A stretch of DNA of 60,069 bases, taken from positions 1 to 60,069 of the forward strand of contig JAQBHL010000257.1 in NCBI GenBank assembly GCA_032127745.1, written 5' to 3'. The position numbers and the translations under genes were made by a program. Numbering within the stretch: the stretch's first letter is position 1; every line of letters begins with the position of its first letter. Of the stretch, positions 1 through 8,710 are shown one piece after another. Under the pieces are notes generated by a model. The model saw only the letters and a list, made by a program, of their open reading frames with translations. It did not search any database and was not told the origin of the DNA. This DNA is from Acidobacteriota bacterium. Its GTDB lineage: Bacteria > Acidobacteriota > Vicinamibacteria > Fen-336 > JAGNNV01.

Positions 1-192
1 CAGGAATTTCGTCTTGGGGCCGGCCACGTTCACCACCGGGTGCATGCCGATGGTCTTCACCACCACCCCGCCCCAGCCCGCGTCGAAGGCGCGCATGATA
101 TTGCTCTCCGATTCGGTCGGCGGCGCGGAAGAGAGCAGAAATGGATTCTCGAACTTGAGACCCGTGAAATTCACCGATAGATCAACGGTCAT
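1..192 (-). CDS. preA: Dihydropyrimidine dehydrogenase subunit PreA / DHOD-like flavoprotein, N-terminal part (runs off window)
   Basis: Not in ORF track. Manual translation from ATG at 192: MTVDLSVNFTGLKFENPFLLSSAPPTESESNIMRAFDAGWGGVVVKTIG. NPFxLxSAPPT and AFxAGWGGVVxKT are typical PreA N-terminal motifs; AAGGAAGG RBS upstream. Confidence 0.8.
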   Translation of the reverse strand, partial: MTVDLSVNFTGLKFENPFLLSSAPPTESESNIMRAFDAGWGGVVVKTIGMHPVVNVAGPKTKFL

Positions 193-256
193 TGGACCTT
201 CCTTGGGCGGGGGGTGCGCGAAACTCGGAAACAGACCCTGGCCACGCTCTTGATCC

Positions 257-421
257 CTGGTGTCCTGTCTCGTAATTGCGCAACACATGACAGTGTCGAG
301 GCGCCGGGAGCGCAAGGCGTCGAGGAGGCAACATATCCAGCTTGTGCAACGACGAGCAACGCGGCGATCCGGGATGCATCGGCGCTCCCATGTGACGCGT
401 ACTTGTGAGGCAGGACACTAG
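257..421. mobile_element. MITE-like element A (165 bp)
   Basis: Terminal inverted repeat 257-281 CTGGTGTCCTGTCTCGTAATTGCGC vs reverse complement of 397-421 CTAGTGTCCTGCCTCACAAGTACGC (19/25); internal CAAGGCG(313-319)-N36-GCAACGC(356-362); no credible ORF. Confidence 0.7.
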
Positions 422-1542
422 TCTCCTGTAACAGAGACATCTTTGATAAGTCGGCGTCTGTGGTCATTGGTCGTCCTCTGAGCGAACCGAGCGATGCTGG
501 CAAGAATCTCATCGGCGCTCTTGGTCCAGACGAAGGGCTTGGGATGCTCGTTGTGCGCCTGTAGAAACTCGCGGATCGCCTTCTCGAGCTCCTTCACGCT
601 GCGGTGCGATCCGCGCTTGATCTGACGTTGGGTAAGCAATCCGAACCAACGTTCCACCAGGTTCATCCAGGAGCCGTAGGTTGGCGTGAAGTGAACGTGG
701 AACCGGGGTCGCTTGGTGAGCCAGTTTCGAATCAGTGGCGATTTGTGGGTGGCGTAGTTGTCGATCACCAGGTGGACCGCAGAGTCCTTCGGTACCGATG
801 CGTCGATGAGATCCAGGAATTTCCGAAACTCCACAGACCGATGCCGCCGATGGGTCTGCCCCAGAACATTTCCCGTGGCCACATTCAGTGCCGCGAATAG
901 CGATGTTGTGCCATGCCGCCTGTAGTCGTGGGTGCGACGCTCCAACTGCCCCGGCCTCATTGGGAGCATCGGCTGGGTCCGGTCGAGGGCTTGGATCTGA
1001 GACTTTTCGTCCACGCACAAGACGACGGCGTTATCGGGTGGGCTCATATACAAGCCGACGATGTCCCGCACCTTATCCACCAAGAGTGGGTCGGGGGAGA
1101 GTTTGAAAGTCTGAACGCGGTGGGGTTGGAGGCCGAACGCCCTCCAGATTCGGCTGATCGTCATGTGAGAAAGACCGGTGCGCTTCGATAACTCCCGGGT
1201 ACTCCAATGTGTGGCCCCCTTTGGTGTGGTCTCGAGCGTTTGCCGGACGATGTCTTCAACACGCGCATCATCAACCTTGCGGGGCGCACCCGGATGGGCC
1301 TCATCGAGCAAGCCATCCACCCGATCTGCCGCGAAACGCGATCGCCACTTGCCTACCGTCGTACTCGACAGTCTCAAGATAGCGGCCACCGTCTTGTTGT
1401 CCTTGCCTGCGGCGCATTCGAGAACGATTGAGGATCGCCGAGCCAACCCAGCCGCTGTCTTTCGACGACGCGCCCAGGAACGCAAAATAGACCGCTCTTC
1501 CTCACTCAATACAAGGTCTGCCTTCGGTCGCCCAGTTCGCAT
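418..1542 (-). CDS. IS630-family DDE transposase
   Basis: N-terminal HTH region (WRSRF...GLLDE..PGAPR), DDE residues in VDEKS, IDNY, NLVE; stop TAG lies in the terminal CTAG. Confidence 0.96.
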   Translation of the reverse strand: MRTGRPKADLVLSEEERSILRSWARRRKTAAGLARRSSIVLECAAGKDNKTVAAILRLSSTTVGKWRSRFAADRVDGLLDEAHPGAPRKVDDARVEDIVRQTLETTPKGATHWSTRELSKRTGLSHMTISRIWRAFGLQPHRVQTFKLSPDPLLVDKVRDIVGLYMSPPDNAVVLCVDEKSQIQALDRTQPMLPMRPGQLERRTHDYRRHGTTSLFAALNVATGNVLGQTHRRHRSVEFRKFLDLIDASVPKDSAVHLVIDNYATHKSPLIRNWLTKRPRFHVHFTPTYGSWMNLVERWFGLLTQRQIKRGSHRSVKELEKAIREFLQAHNEHPKPFVWTKSADEILASIARFAQRTTNDHRRRLIKDVSVTGD

Positions 1543-1600
1543 ACGAGAGTAGAACAGATTCTCTCGACTTATGCAAGATATTTCTGTTACAAGAGACTAG
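418..1600 (-). mobile_element. IS630-family insertion sequence, complete
   Basis: 36-bp terminal inverted repeats 418-453 and 1565-1600 (31/36 match, CTAGTCTCYTGTAACAGA...ATAAGTCG), CTAG at both ends consistent with TA target duplication; single transposase ORF. Confidence 0.95.
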
Positions 1601-1763
1601 CAGCCCGTGGTGAAAGTCCGGTCGCGTCCTTAGCGAGAGGTTTTTCGTCAGATCAAGGCGCTGGACCGAAGGAATATCGGGAATATTTCGAGGTTTAGCA
1701 ACGCAGAGCTCTGCGGAAAAGATCCGCTTCCGGCGCGGCCCGACTTTCACCACCGGCTGCTTG
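1597..1763. mobile_element. MITE-like element B (~167 bp)
   Basis: TIR 1597-1626 CTAGCAGCCCGTGGTGAAAGTCCGGTCGCG vs reverse complement of 1734-1763 CAAGCAGCCGGTGGTGAAAGTCGGGCCGCG (26/30); internal CAAGGCG(1654-1660)-N37-GCAACGC(1698-1704). Confidence 0.8.
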
Positions 1764-1773
1764 GGATGGTCGC

Positions 1774-2406
1774 TCATCTCGGGCGCAGGAAGCTGAAGGC
1801 GATGAAGGCCTGACCGAACCAATACGCGACCATAATCATGAACCTTGCACCCGGCACCGGCTCCACGAACCGGGAGTAGCCGATGAGGGTGTCGGAAAGC
1901 CCGAACAGGATCGCTCCCGCGAGTCCGATCGCCCCCCGGTTCCAGCCGATGGACGGGGTCGCGGCAGCCGCGCGCCAGATCATGCAGAAGATGACCAGGC
2001 CGTAGACCAGGACGGGAATCCGAAGCGGCCCCGCGTGGCGGACCAGAACCGGCAGGGCGATCGCCGCCCAGACCGCGACGGGCAGGAGCCGCCAGACGCG
2101 CCCTCGCGGCTCGACCGTGGTGAAGGCGGCTATGTAGAACAGATGGGCGATCAGGAAGGTCCCCAGTCCCCCGAGGAAGCTGAACTCGATGATCACATCC
2201 GCGGTGGCCGCGAGAAGCAGGCCAAAGGCGATGAGCCGGCGTTCCGCTTGCGGTCCGGCCCGGAACACCACCACCGCGAGCACGCTCACCGGGGCCGCCT
2301 TCACTATGGGGGCCCAGGGTCCGAGAACCTCACCGGCGAGCAGATAGACGAGGGCGGCGGCGACGGCCAGTATCCGGACCATCATCGGCGCACCTCCGAT
2401 TTCCAT
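1774..2406 (-). CDS. YhhN / lysoplasmalogenase-family membrane protein
   Basis: Multi-TM; motifs KAAP, AD...FLGGLGTFLIAHLFYI, GAILFGLSDTLIG, YWFGQ. Confidence 0.85.
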   Translation of the reverse strand: MEIGGAPMMVRILAVAAALVYLLAGEVLGPWAPIVKAAPVSVLAVVVFRAGPQAERRLIAFGLLLAATADVIIEFSFLGGLGTFLIAHLFYIAAFTTVEPRGRVWRLLPVAVWAAIALPVLVRHAGPLRIPVLVYGLVIFCMIWRAAAATPSIGWNRGAIGLAGAILFGLSDTLIGYSRFVEPVPGARFMIMVAYWFGQAFIAFSFLRPR

Positions 2407-2451
2407 CTCAGGACAACGCCAGCCCAGACAGCCTACTCCGGTGACGGGACC

Positions 2452-4650
2452 CTAATTCGAGTTGCTGGCCCGCGCGCCGGTGGCGGGAAGAATGGTGATG
2501 TCTTCCTTGAACTCCATGACCTTCCCAGAAAGCTCGTCCTTGAGATACAGATCGAACTCGTATTCGCCCGGCTCGGCTCCCTCCAGGGACGGACCGACCA
2601 TGCGAGACAAACGGCCCAAAGAGGTCGGCCTGATCATGGTGGGCGCTACTTTCGTGAAGACCATCCCGTTCGCCTTCCGTCTGATGGTGAAACCGGCGGT
2701 TACGTTGGGCATGCCCGTGGCCTTGTCCTTGGCGGGGTTGTAGACATCGAACTGGCAAAACAGTCTCGATCCGGTCACGAATTCACGGCGGGCCAGCGGA
2801 ACCAGCTTGGGCGGCGCGTTCTCCTGTCCGGGCTCAACCGGCTGGAGGGTATCGGTCAGAACGGGGGTGGAGAGGCGCCAGGAAGCCAGATCCGGCACCT
2901 CGAAGTTGTGAATGACCGTGCCTATCTTCGAAGCATTCTGGTCGCGAACCACGATCTTGGCCTGGTAGGCGCCGGGAAGGAGTTCGAAATCACGCCGAAT
3001 CGGAAACCACGTCTTCGCATAGCGGTCCTTGGTTTCGGGCCGGAGATTCATATCTATCTTCTGGTCGTACCGGTTGAATTCTCCGGTTTCCCGGTGCGCC
3101 ACCACGAGGAGGAAGTCCAAAGTGTCCTTGAACCTGCCTCCTTCCTGGATGAAGGAGAAGGCGGAAAGATCGACGTCCGCGTGGAGCACCGCGCTCGCCT
3201 TGCCCAGGAGGGTTTCGTCGAAGACATAGGAGGTGAGGCGGATGGGAATGCCGGGCATCTCGAAGGGTGAATCGAGCGCCTCCTGGAAGCGGGGGTCGGA
3301 ACCGCTCTCCTTCTTCTTCCGCTCGGCCGCGGCAATCGCCGCCTCGCCCTCGAGTGCGGCAAAGTAGCCCTTGCGCGCCCTGACCCTGATGTCTTTTCCT
3401 TCGACCTTGAGCTCGATTTTGCGAAACTTGCCGTCCCTGAGGGTGTTCGTGGGGTTGTAACCGATGAGGTAATAGACCCGGGTCTCGTCGGCGATGCGCT
3501 GGAGGCCCTTGACCAGATCGTTGGAGTTCTTCACCGTGAAGCCGCCGCTGTCGGAGGCGATCGACTCGGAGCCTTCGGCGCGCTCGAAGTTCTCGGCGAA
3601 GGCGGCGCCGATGTCCTGCGAGTCGAGGGCGGGGCCGAACTGGGCGGACATGGCCACGGGCAGGCCGCCCAGCCCCATGGTATCCACGAAGTAGATGGCG
3701 CAGTTTCCCCGTCGTGAGGCCTCAATCACCTCCCTGAACTCGTCCAGGTTCGGATCGTAGATAAAGCCCTGGCCCACCAGGATCAGCGACTTTCGTCCCT
3801 TGGCGCCGGCCAGGGAGGAAAGGGCTCGCTCCAACGCCTTGAGAGTGATCTTGTTCTTCGCCGTCGCCTGGTAATACACCTCGGCGGCGCGGCCGAGGAC
3901 CATGGGATCACCATCAGTAGCCAGACCCATGCTGTTCCTATCCTGGACCGAACTCCCACCGGGGTTCACGCCGTAGGTGTCGAAACGCCGGGCCACTCGA
4001 TCCGCGACCAGCTTGTCACGGTAGATGTGAATGCGCAGGGCCTCCGCCTCGGTCACCCGGTCGTTGCCGATGTCGGGAAGGTCCCGTCCCTCGAGACGTT
4101 TCAAGAGCGCGGTCAGTTCCTTGTAGCCCTCGGGCATCCGGGTGCTCCACCAGGCTCCGCCCCCGCTGGCCAGCAGGGTCACCCGATCCCCGTCGCGCGT
4201 ACCGTTCTTCAGGAACTGGTCGATCGCCACCTTGGCGCGATTGGCCTGGAACGGGTGGAGATGAATGTCGTCGAAGACGATGACGAAAGTTCGGCCGGTT
4301 TGGGTGTCGGCGGCCTGATTGGTCGAGATCGTGCGATTCCGGTTCGGAGCCACGCTGGGCGACGCGGGCAGCACCACCGCTTCGAAGCTCGCGATGGCCT
4401 GAGGCTTGCCGTCCTCGAACACCGTGAACTGGTCCCGGGTCAGGTTTTCGATGGGGACATTCTTCTTACTGGTGACCACCGCGTCCACGGTGACCAGTTC
4501 GACCGCCGAGGGAAACACGACGGCCTGTTCCGGAGTGGGAGCAGGCGGTTGCTGGGGGGGCGCTTCCTGCGCGGAGGCCATCAGGCCTGCGGCCAACATG
4601 AGAGCGGCTCCGAGAGCGCTTCTGGTATCGAACAACTTCATAGGGATCAT
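2452..4650 (-). CDS. Acidobacterial VWFA-related (VWA) domain exported protein
   Basis: Signal peptide, VELVTVDAVVT..L...FTVFEDGKPQ, GRKSLIL, YYLIGY.PTN...DGKFRKIELKV, RARKGYFA. Start set at 4650 (TGATG overlap with Rieske stop); 4641 is the alternative. Confidence 0.85.
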   Translation of the reverse strand: MIPMKLFDTRSALGAALMLAAGLMASAQEAPPQQPPAPTPEQAVVFPSAVELVTVDAVVTSKKNVPIENLTRDQFTVFEDGKPQAIASFEAVVLPASPSVAPNRNRTISTNQAADTQTGRTFVIVFDDIHLHPFQANRAKVAIDQFLKNGTRDGDRVTLLASGGGAWWSTRMPEGYKELTALLKRLEGRDLPDIGNDRVTEAEALRIHIYRDKLVADRVARRFDTYGVNPGGSSVQDRNSMGLATDGDPMVLGRAAEVYYQATAKNKITLKALERALSSLAGAKGRKSLILVGQGFIYDPNLDEFREVIEASRRGNCAIYFVDTMGLGGLPVAMSAQFGPALDSQDIGAAFAENFERAEGSESIASDSGGFTVKNSNDLVKGLQRIADETRVYYLIGYNPTNTLRDGKFRKIELKVEGKDIRVRARKGYFAALEGEAAIAAAERKKKESGSDPRFQEALDSPFEMPGIPIRLTSYVFDETLLGKASAVLHADVDLSAFSFIQEGGRFKDTLDFLLVVAHRETGEFNRYDQKIDMNLRPETKDRYAKTWFPIRRDFELLPGAYQAKIVVRDQNASKIGTVIHNFEVPDLASWRLSTPVLTDTLQPVEPGQENAPPKLVPLARREFVTGSRLFCQFDVYNPAKDKATGMPNVTAGFTIRRKANGMVFTKVAPTMIRPTSLGRLSRMVGPSLEGAEPGEYEFDLYLKDELSGKVMEFKEDITILPATGARASNSN

Positions 4651-4958
4651 CACACTCCAGTTACTTCCACTAAGACGTCGCCATCCTTCACGAGGACGGA
4701 AAAAGACTGAACTCGAACGCCCGGCGCATTCAGGCAGACTCCGGTGGTCACGTCGAACTGCCAGTCGTGCCAGGGACAGAAGACCACGTTGCCTGAGACG
4801 AAACCCTCGGCCAGAGGACCGGCCCGATGAGCGCATTTGTTCTCGAGAGCATGAAAGGTGCCATCGATATTGAAAAGCGCGACATTGACTCCCTTCAGCA
4901 TGACACTGGTGGACTGTCCGGGCGCAAGTTCCTCCACGCGAATGGCTTTCACCTCCAT
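4650..4958 (-). CDS. Rieske [2Fe-2S] ferredoxin (NirD / dioxygenase ferredoxin-like)
   Basis: CAH...CPWH Rieske ligands, 102 aa, GGAGG-like context. Confidence 0.92.
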   Translation of the reverse strand: MEVKAIRVEELAPGQSTSVMLKGVNVALFNIDGTFHALENKCAHRAGPLAEGFVSGNVVFCPWHDWQFDVTTGVCLNAPGVRVQSFSVLVKDGDVLVEVTGV

Positions 4959-5004
4959 ATTTTAGGGTGACCGGGCCGGTAGGGCGGAAGTGCCGGTGGC
5001 TCGA

Positions 5005-5682
5005 TCAGCCCGAGGCCTGGAGAAAAACCCTCGCCGCGAGGCCATGGCAATGGCTGGCCGAGCCGATCCACACCGGCGTGCCCTGGTCGAGATCGCCGCG
5101 GCGAAACGCCTCGCCCAGACGGTCCCGCACCTCGAAGATAGTCGAGACGGGAACGGTGCCCACTCCGTTGGCGAGGTGCAAGCAGGGAAACACGAACGAT
5201 CTCCCCGCCTCGGCCAGTTCGGTGGCCAGGCTCCACGATTTCGGGCCCCGGGTGTGGGGGCACCGCGCCGGCTCGATGCAGGCCGGAGGACAAAGCCATT
5301 CCGCGTAGGACAGGGCGAGGTCTCCCGCCTTCGTCTCCCTCGAGACCGGAGGCCGGGCCGGCGGCTCGCGCAGATCCGTGGCTCGAGCCAGGAAGACGCC
5401 TCGCGGGGCCAGATCGTTCGCGAGCCAGTCCAGCAGAACGTGGGGCGCCCAATGGTACGGCACCAGATGATCCCTCTCATGGCATCGTGAAAGGTTCTCG
5501 CCCAGCCAGTCATTCCAGGATGCCACCTCGAGACGCACCCGATCGCCCACCAGGCCGGCGGCCGGGCAGAAACGATCCCGGTCGACCACCACGATGCGGT
5601 CGAAGGCGATTTTCCCGGCGGCCTCCGCCTTGAAGAGGCGCCGGACGTAGCCGGCGTGGATCTCCGGGCCGCCGATCACCAC
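5005..5682 (-). CDS. Hypothetical Cys/His-rich protein with Rossmann-like N-terminus
   Basis: Strong GC3 frame; FVVIGG...IVVVDRD, CPPAC-IEP..CP and SHCHG motifs; true start may be slightly upstream (~5700). Confidence 0.7.
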   Translation of the reverse strand: MVIGGPEIHAGYVRRLFKAEAAGKIAFDRIVVVDRDRFCPAAGLVGDRVRLEVASWNDWLGENLSRCHERDHLVPYHWAPHVLLDWLANDLAPRGVFLARATDLREPPARPPVSRETKAGDLALSYAEWLCPPACIEPARCPHTRGPKSWSLATELAEAGRSFVFPCLHLANGVGTVPVSTIFEVRDRLGEAFRRGDLDQGTPVWIGSASHCHGLAARVFLQASG

Positions 5683-5721
5683 GAAGGTCGGGATGTGCAG
5701 GGCGGGCGTGGCGGGTCTTCC

Positions 5722-6159
5722 TTACTTCTTCGACTCGAGGACCTTTTGCACCCGCGTCTTGAACATCGCGGCCAGGAGGCGACCTCGTTCCGTCTCCTTC
5801 GCCACCCACTCGGTATTGCCGAGGATGGTGGGGTTGTAGTCCTTGCGGAGCTGTTCGAGGTAAGGCTCCAACTTGGCGTACAGAAACAGGCCCTCGCCAT
5901 TTGTCTCCATGAAGTACTCGGGGTGGACGATCCCGTGTCGGACCAGGCCGTAGACCATCTCCCAGTAGGTGCCGAGCTGGCGATAGGCGCCGTTGAGTTC
6001 ATGCCCCAGGGTCGCCACCGCCTTCACGTCCTCGTAGCTGGCGGGCCAGAATGTGCCGTTGAAGGCATCGCGCGAGGCCCGGATGACGGGCTCACGGCGC
6101 ATCTCATAGACACGCAGAACGAGGTCGGCATCTTGATAGTCGGGGGTTCCCTTGGACAT
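5722..6159 (-). CDS. Conserved hypothetical protein (DUF4760-like)
   Basis: DADLVLRVYEMRREP...YRQLGTYWEM pattern; RBS AAGGAG; family assignment from memory. Confidence 0.65.
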   Translation of the reverse strand: MSKGTPDYQDADLVLRVYEMRREPVIRASRDAFNGTFWPASYEDVKAVATLGHELNGAYRQLGTYWEMVYGLVRHGIVHPEYFMETNGEGLFLYAKLEPYLEQLRKDYNPTILGNTEWVAKETERGRLLAAMFKTRVQKVLESKK

Positions 6160-6248
6160 GGGTGTTCATGGCTCCTTGAATGATTCTGGTGGGGTCGGAC
6201 AGAAGAGAGAGTGTAGTTGAGACCGCCCGGGCGGATCGCCTTCTTTCA

Positions 6249-8576
6249 CTATCGCTTCAGTTCCCGCTCGAAGAGCCTGAAGATCCGGCCGTATTCGTCG
6301 GCCCAGCTCGTCTCCTCCTCGAAACCGTGGTTCTCAACCGGGTACATCGCAAGCTCCCAGTTGTCCTTTCGCAGTTCGATGAGCCGCTGGGCCAGGCGCA
6401 CGGAATCGGAGAAGTGGACGTTGGTGTCGACCACCCCGTGGCAGATGAGCAGCGCGCCCTTCAGGCCTTCGGCGAAGTAGATGGGCGAGCTTCGCTTGTA
6501 GGCCTCGAGGTCGGACTGGGGAATATTCAGGATGTTCGAGGTGTAGCCGTGGTTGTAGTGGGCCCAGTCGGTCACCGGCCGCAGGGCCGCGCCGGCCGCG
6601 AACGTCCCCGGGCTGGTGAACATGCCCATCAGAGTGATAAAGCCGCCGTAGCTGCCCCCGTAGACGCCGATACGGTTCGCGTCCACACCCTGCTCCTTGA
6701 CCAGGTACCTGGCACCATCCACGATGTCGTTCAGATCGGCCCCGCCCATGTGGCGGTAGATGGCGGTCCGCCAGTCGCGGCCGTAGCCCGCGCTGCCGCG
6801 ATAGTCGATGTCGATGACCACGTAGCCCTGCGAGGCGAGGACGTGATGGAACATGTACTCGCGGAAATAGCTCGACCAGTAGCGATGGGCGTTCTGCAGG
6901 TACCCGGCGCCATGAACAAAGATCACCGCCGGATGTTTCGGATTGACCTTCGCACCCACCTCTTCGGGCCGATACAGTCGCGCCGGTACCTTGACCCCGT
7001 CGCGGGCCTGGACCATGACAATCCTTGGATCCAGCCATTTCCCGGCCAGCCACTCGGGGGAAGGCGACGTGGTGACCCGCTGCGCCAGATCGTTGGAGGC
7101 GGGCCCGAGGTAAACCTCGGGCGGCTTGTTCCCGGCCGAGTAGACGCTCGCGAACACGGACCCGTCGGGCGAGACGGCCACCTCGTGCGACCCCACCGCG
7201 GTGGTGAGACGAGTGCGTGCTCCGCCGCTCACCGGCATCGAATAGAGGTGCCTCTCGCCGGCTCCCGCTTCGGTGCTGTGGATGTAGAAGGTCTGCCGGT
7301 TCGCGGACAACGAAACGTCCACGATCTCCCAGGCGCCGCTGGTCAGGGGCCGGGCCTCGGGCATCGCCCCCGAGACATCGACGGTGAACAGATGCATGTA
7401 CCCGGGCTTTTCGGAGGTGAACCACAACGTCCGGCCGTCGGGCAGGAAACCAGCGGCGCCGAAGAGTTCGCGGATCCAGGCATCGTCATGATCGGCGAAC
7501 AGAACGGAGCCCACCCCGGTCTCGGGATCGAGACCCACCAGCCATCGGTCCTTGTTATCGGCCGAGCGCACCGCGGCCACCGCCAGCTTGCCATCCGGCG
7601 AGAGGTCGATCAGAGACCAGCGCGCGTCCCGATCCTTGGTTTCCGCCTTCCCCTCGGCCGTCCTGGTCTCGGTCTTGAGCAAAGGCAGGCTGGCCCAGAC
7701 GCTCTGGCGCGTTTGAAGATTCAGAATCACGAGCCGGCGCTTGTCCTGCGCGTCGCCCACGCGGTTACGAGCGGGGATCGGCTCGGGATAGGACGACTCG
7801 GTGATGTAGTTCGGAACCTCCACCGTCTTCGAGCCGGTGGCCTTCACCGAGACGGTGGCGTACACATGGACGCCATCATCGGACAGAACGGCGTCGATCA
7901 CCGACTCGCCCTCGGCGATTTCGAGCTTCGGCGGGGCCTCGGCGTCACGCTTGGCCTCGCGTTCCTTTCGTTGCTCGACCGCCTTCCTTACATGAAGGAG
8001 GAGTTTCGCCTCTTCGTCACGATCCACCTTCTGGGCATCGGTGAGGACGGGCTCTTTCCTCTTGGGACCGGCTTCGAAGAGCTGGACCAGAGAACCATCG
8101 CCATCATCGGTGATGGGCACGAGGTGCAACGCGCCATCGCGCATGAACGCGACCTGCGTCTCGTTCTTCGCGAAGCGGGGGCGGGACTCATTCCCGGTGG
8201 TCCGAGTGATGATCCGACGCCTCCTGGTCACGGTGTCGACCAGCACGACATCGCCGCCCTGCGAGAACACCGCGCGCTTGCGAGCGAGGTCCCACTCGGC
8301 GGACGGCGGGGGAACGCTCTTGCGCGCGTCGTCGGAGAGCTTCTTCGCCTCCCCGGTGGCGGCGTTTCCGACCCAGGTCGACTGCTCGTCGTCGCCGGGC
8401 TTCTGCCACTCGAACCAGAACTCCTTCGAGTCTCCCGACCAGCGGATGGAATCCGGCGCGTAACCCACCAGTTTCGGGCCTCGCATGATCGAGGCCACGG
8501 ACAGCTCGAACGGCGCCGGCGGCGCGGCCGCGATCATGGACGAGCCGACCAGGGCCAGCAAAAGCAGTTTCTTCAT
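6249..8576 (-). CDS. S9 family serine peptidase (dipeptidyl-peptidase IV-like), exported
   Basis: Signal peptide MKKLLLLALVG, beta-propeller, GGSYGG nucleophile, DTNV Asp, ENHG His; RBS GAAGGAG. Confidence 0.93.
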   Translation of the reverse strand: MKKLLLLALVGSSMIAAAPPAPFELSVASIMRGPKLVGYAPDSIRWSGDSKEFWFEWQKPGDDEQSTWVGNAATGEAKKLSDDARKSVPPPSAEWDLARKRAVFSQGGDVVLVDTVTRRRRIITRTTGNESRPRFAKNETQVAFMRDGALHLVPITDDGDGSLVQLFEAGPKRKEPVLTDAQKVDRDEEAKLLLHVRKAVEQRKEREAKRDAEAPPKLEIAEGESVIDAVLSDDGVHVYATVSVKATGSKTVEVPNYITESSYPEPIPARNRVGDAQDKRRLVILNLQTRQSVWASLPLLKTETRTAEGKAETKDRDARWSLIDLSPDGKLAVAAVRSADNKDRWLVGLDPETGVGSVLFADHDDAWIRELFGAAGFLPDGRTLWFTSEKPGYMHLFTVDVSGAMPEARPLTSGAWEIVDVSLSANRQTFYIHSTEAGAGERHLYSMPVSGGARTRLTTAVGSHEVAVSPDGSVFASVYSAGNKPPEVYLGPASNDLAQRVTTSPSPEWLAGKWLDPRIVMVQARDGVKVPARLYRPEEVGAKVNPKHPAVIFVHGAGYLQNAHRYWSSYFREYMFHHVLASQGYVVIDIDYRGSAGYGRDWRTAIYRHMGGADLNDIVDGARYLVKEQGVDANRIGVYGGSYGGFITLMGMFTSPGTFAAGAALRPVTDWAHYNHGYTSNILNIPQSDLEAYKRSSPIYFAEGLKGALLICHGVVDTNVHFSDSVRLAQRLIELRKDNWELAMYPVENHGFEEETSWADEYGRIFRLFERELKR

Positions 8577-8710
8577 GGCTCCTTCAAAGAGGGTAAAAAC
8601 GGGAGGGGAAGTGTATCGAATCCCGCTCATTCAGAGCCTTCCCGTCAGCAGGACTCCGAGGAAATGCGTCGGACGAAGTAGTCTCGGCAGCAGGACACTA
8701 GACTTCAGCG

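Noticed and set aside
6180-8681. 833-aa plus-strand ORF and similar long antisense ORFs (e.g. 40406-41815, 41927-43492, 45858-47720, 56149-57834)
   Set aside because: Antisense shadows of well-supported genes, expected in high-GC DNA; no motifs.
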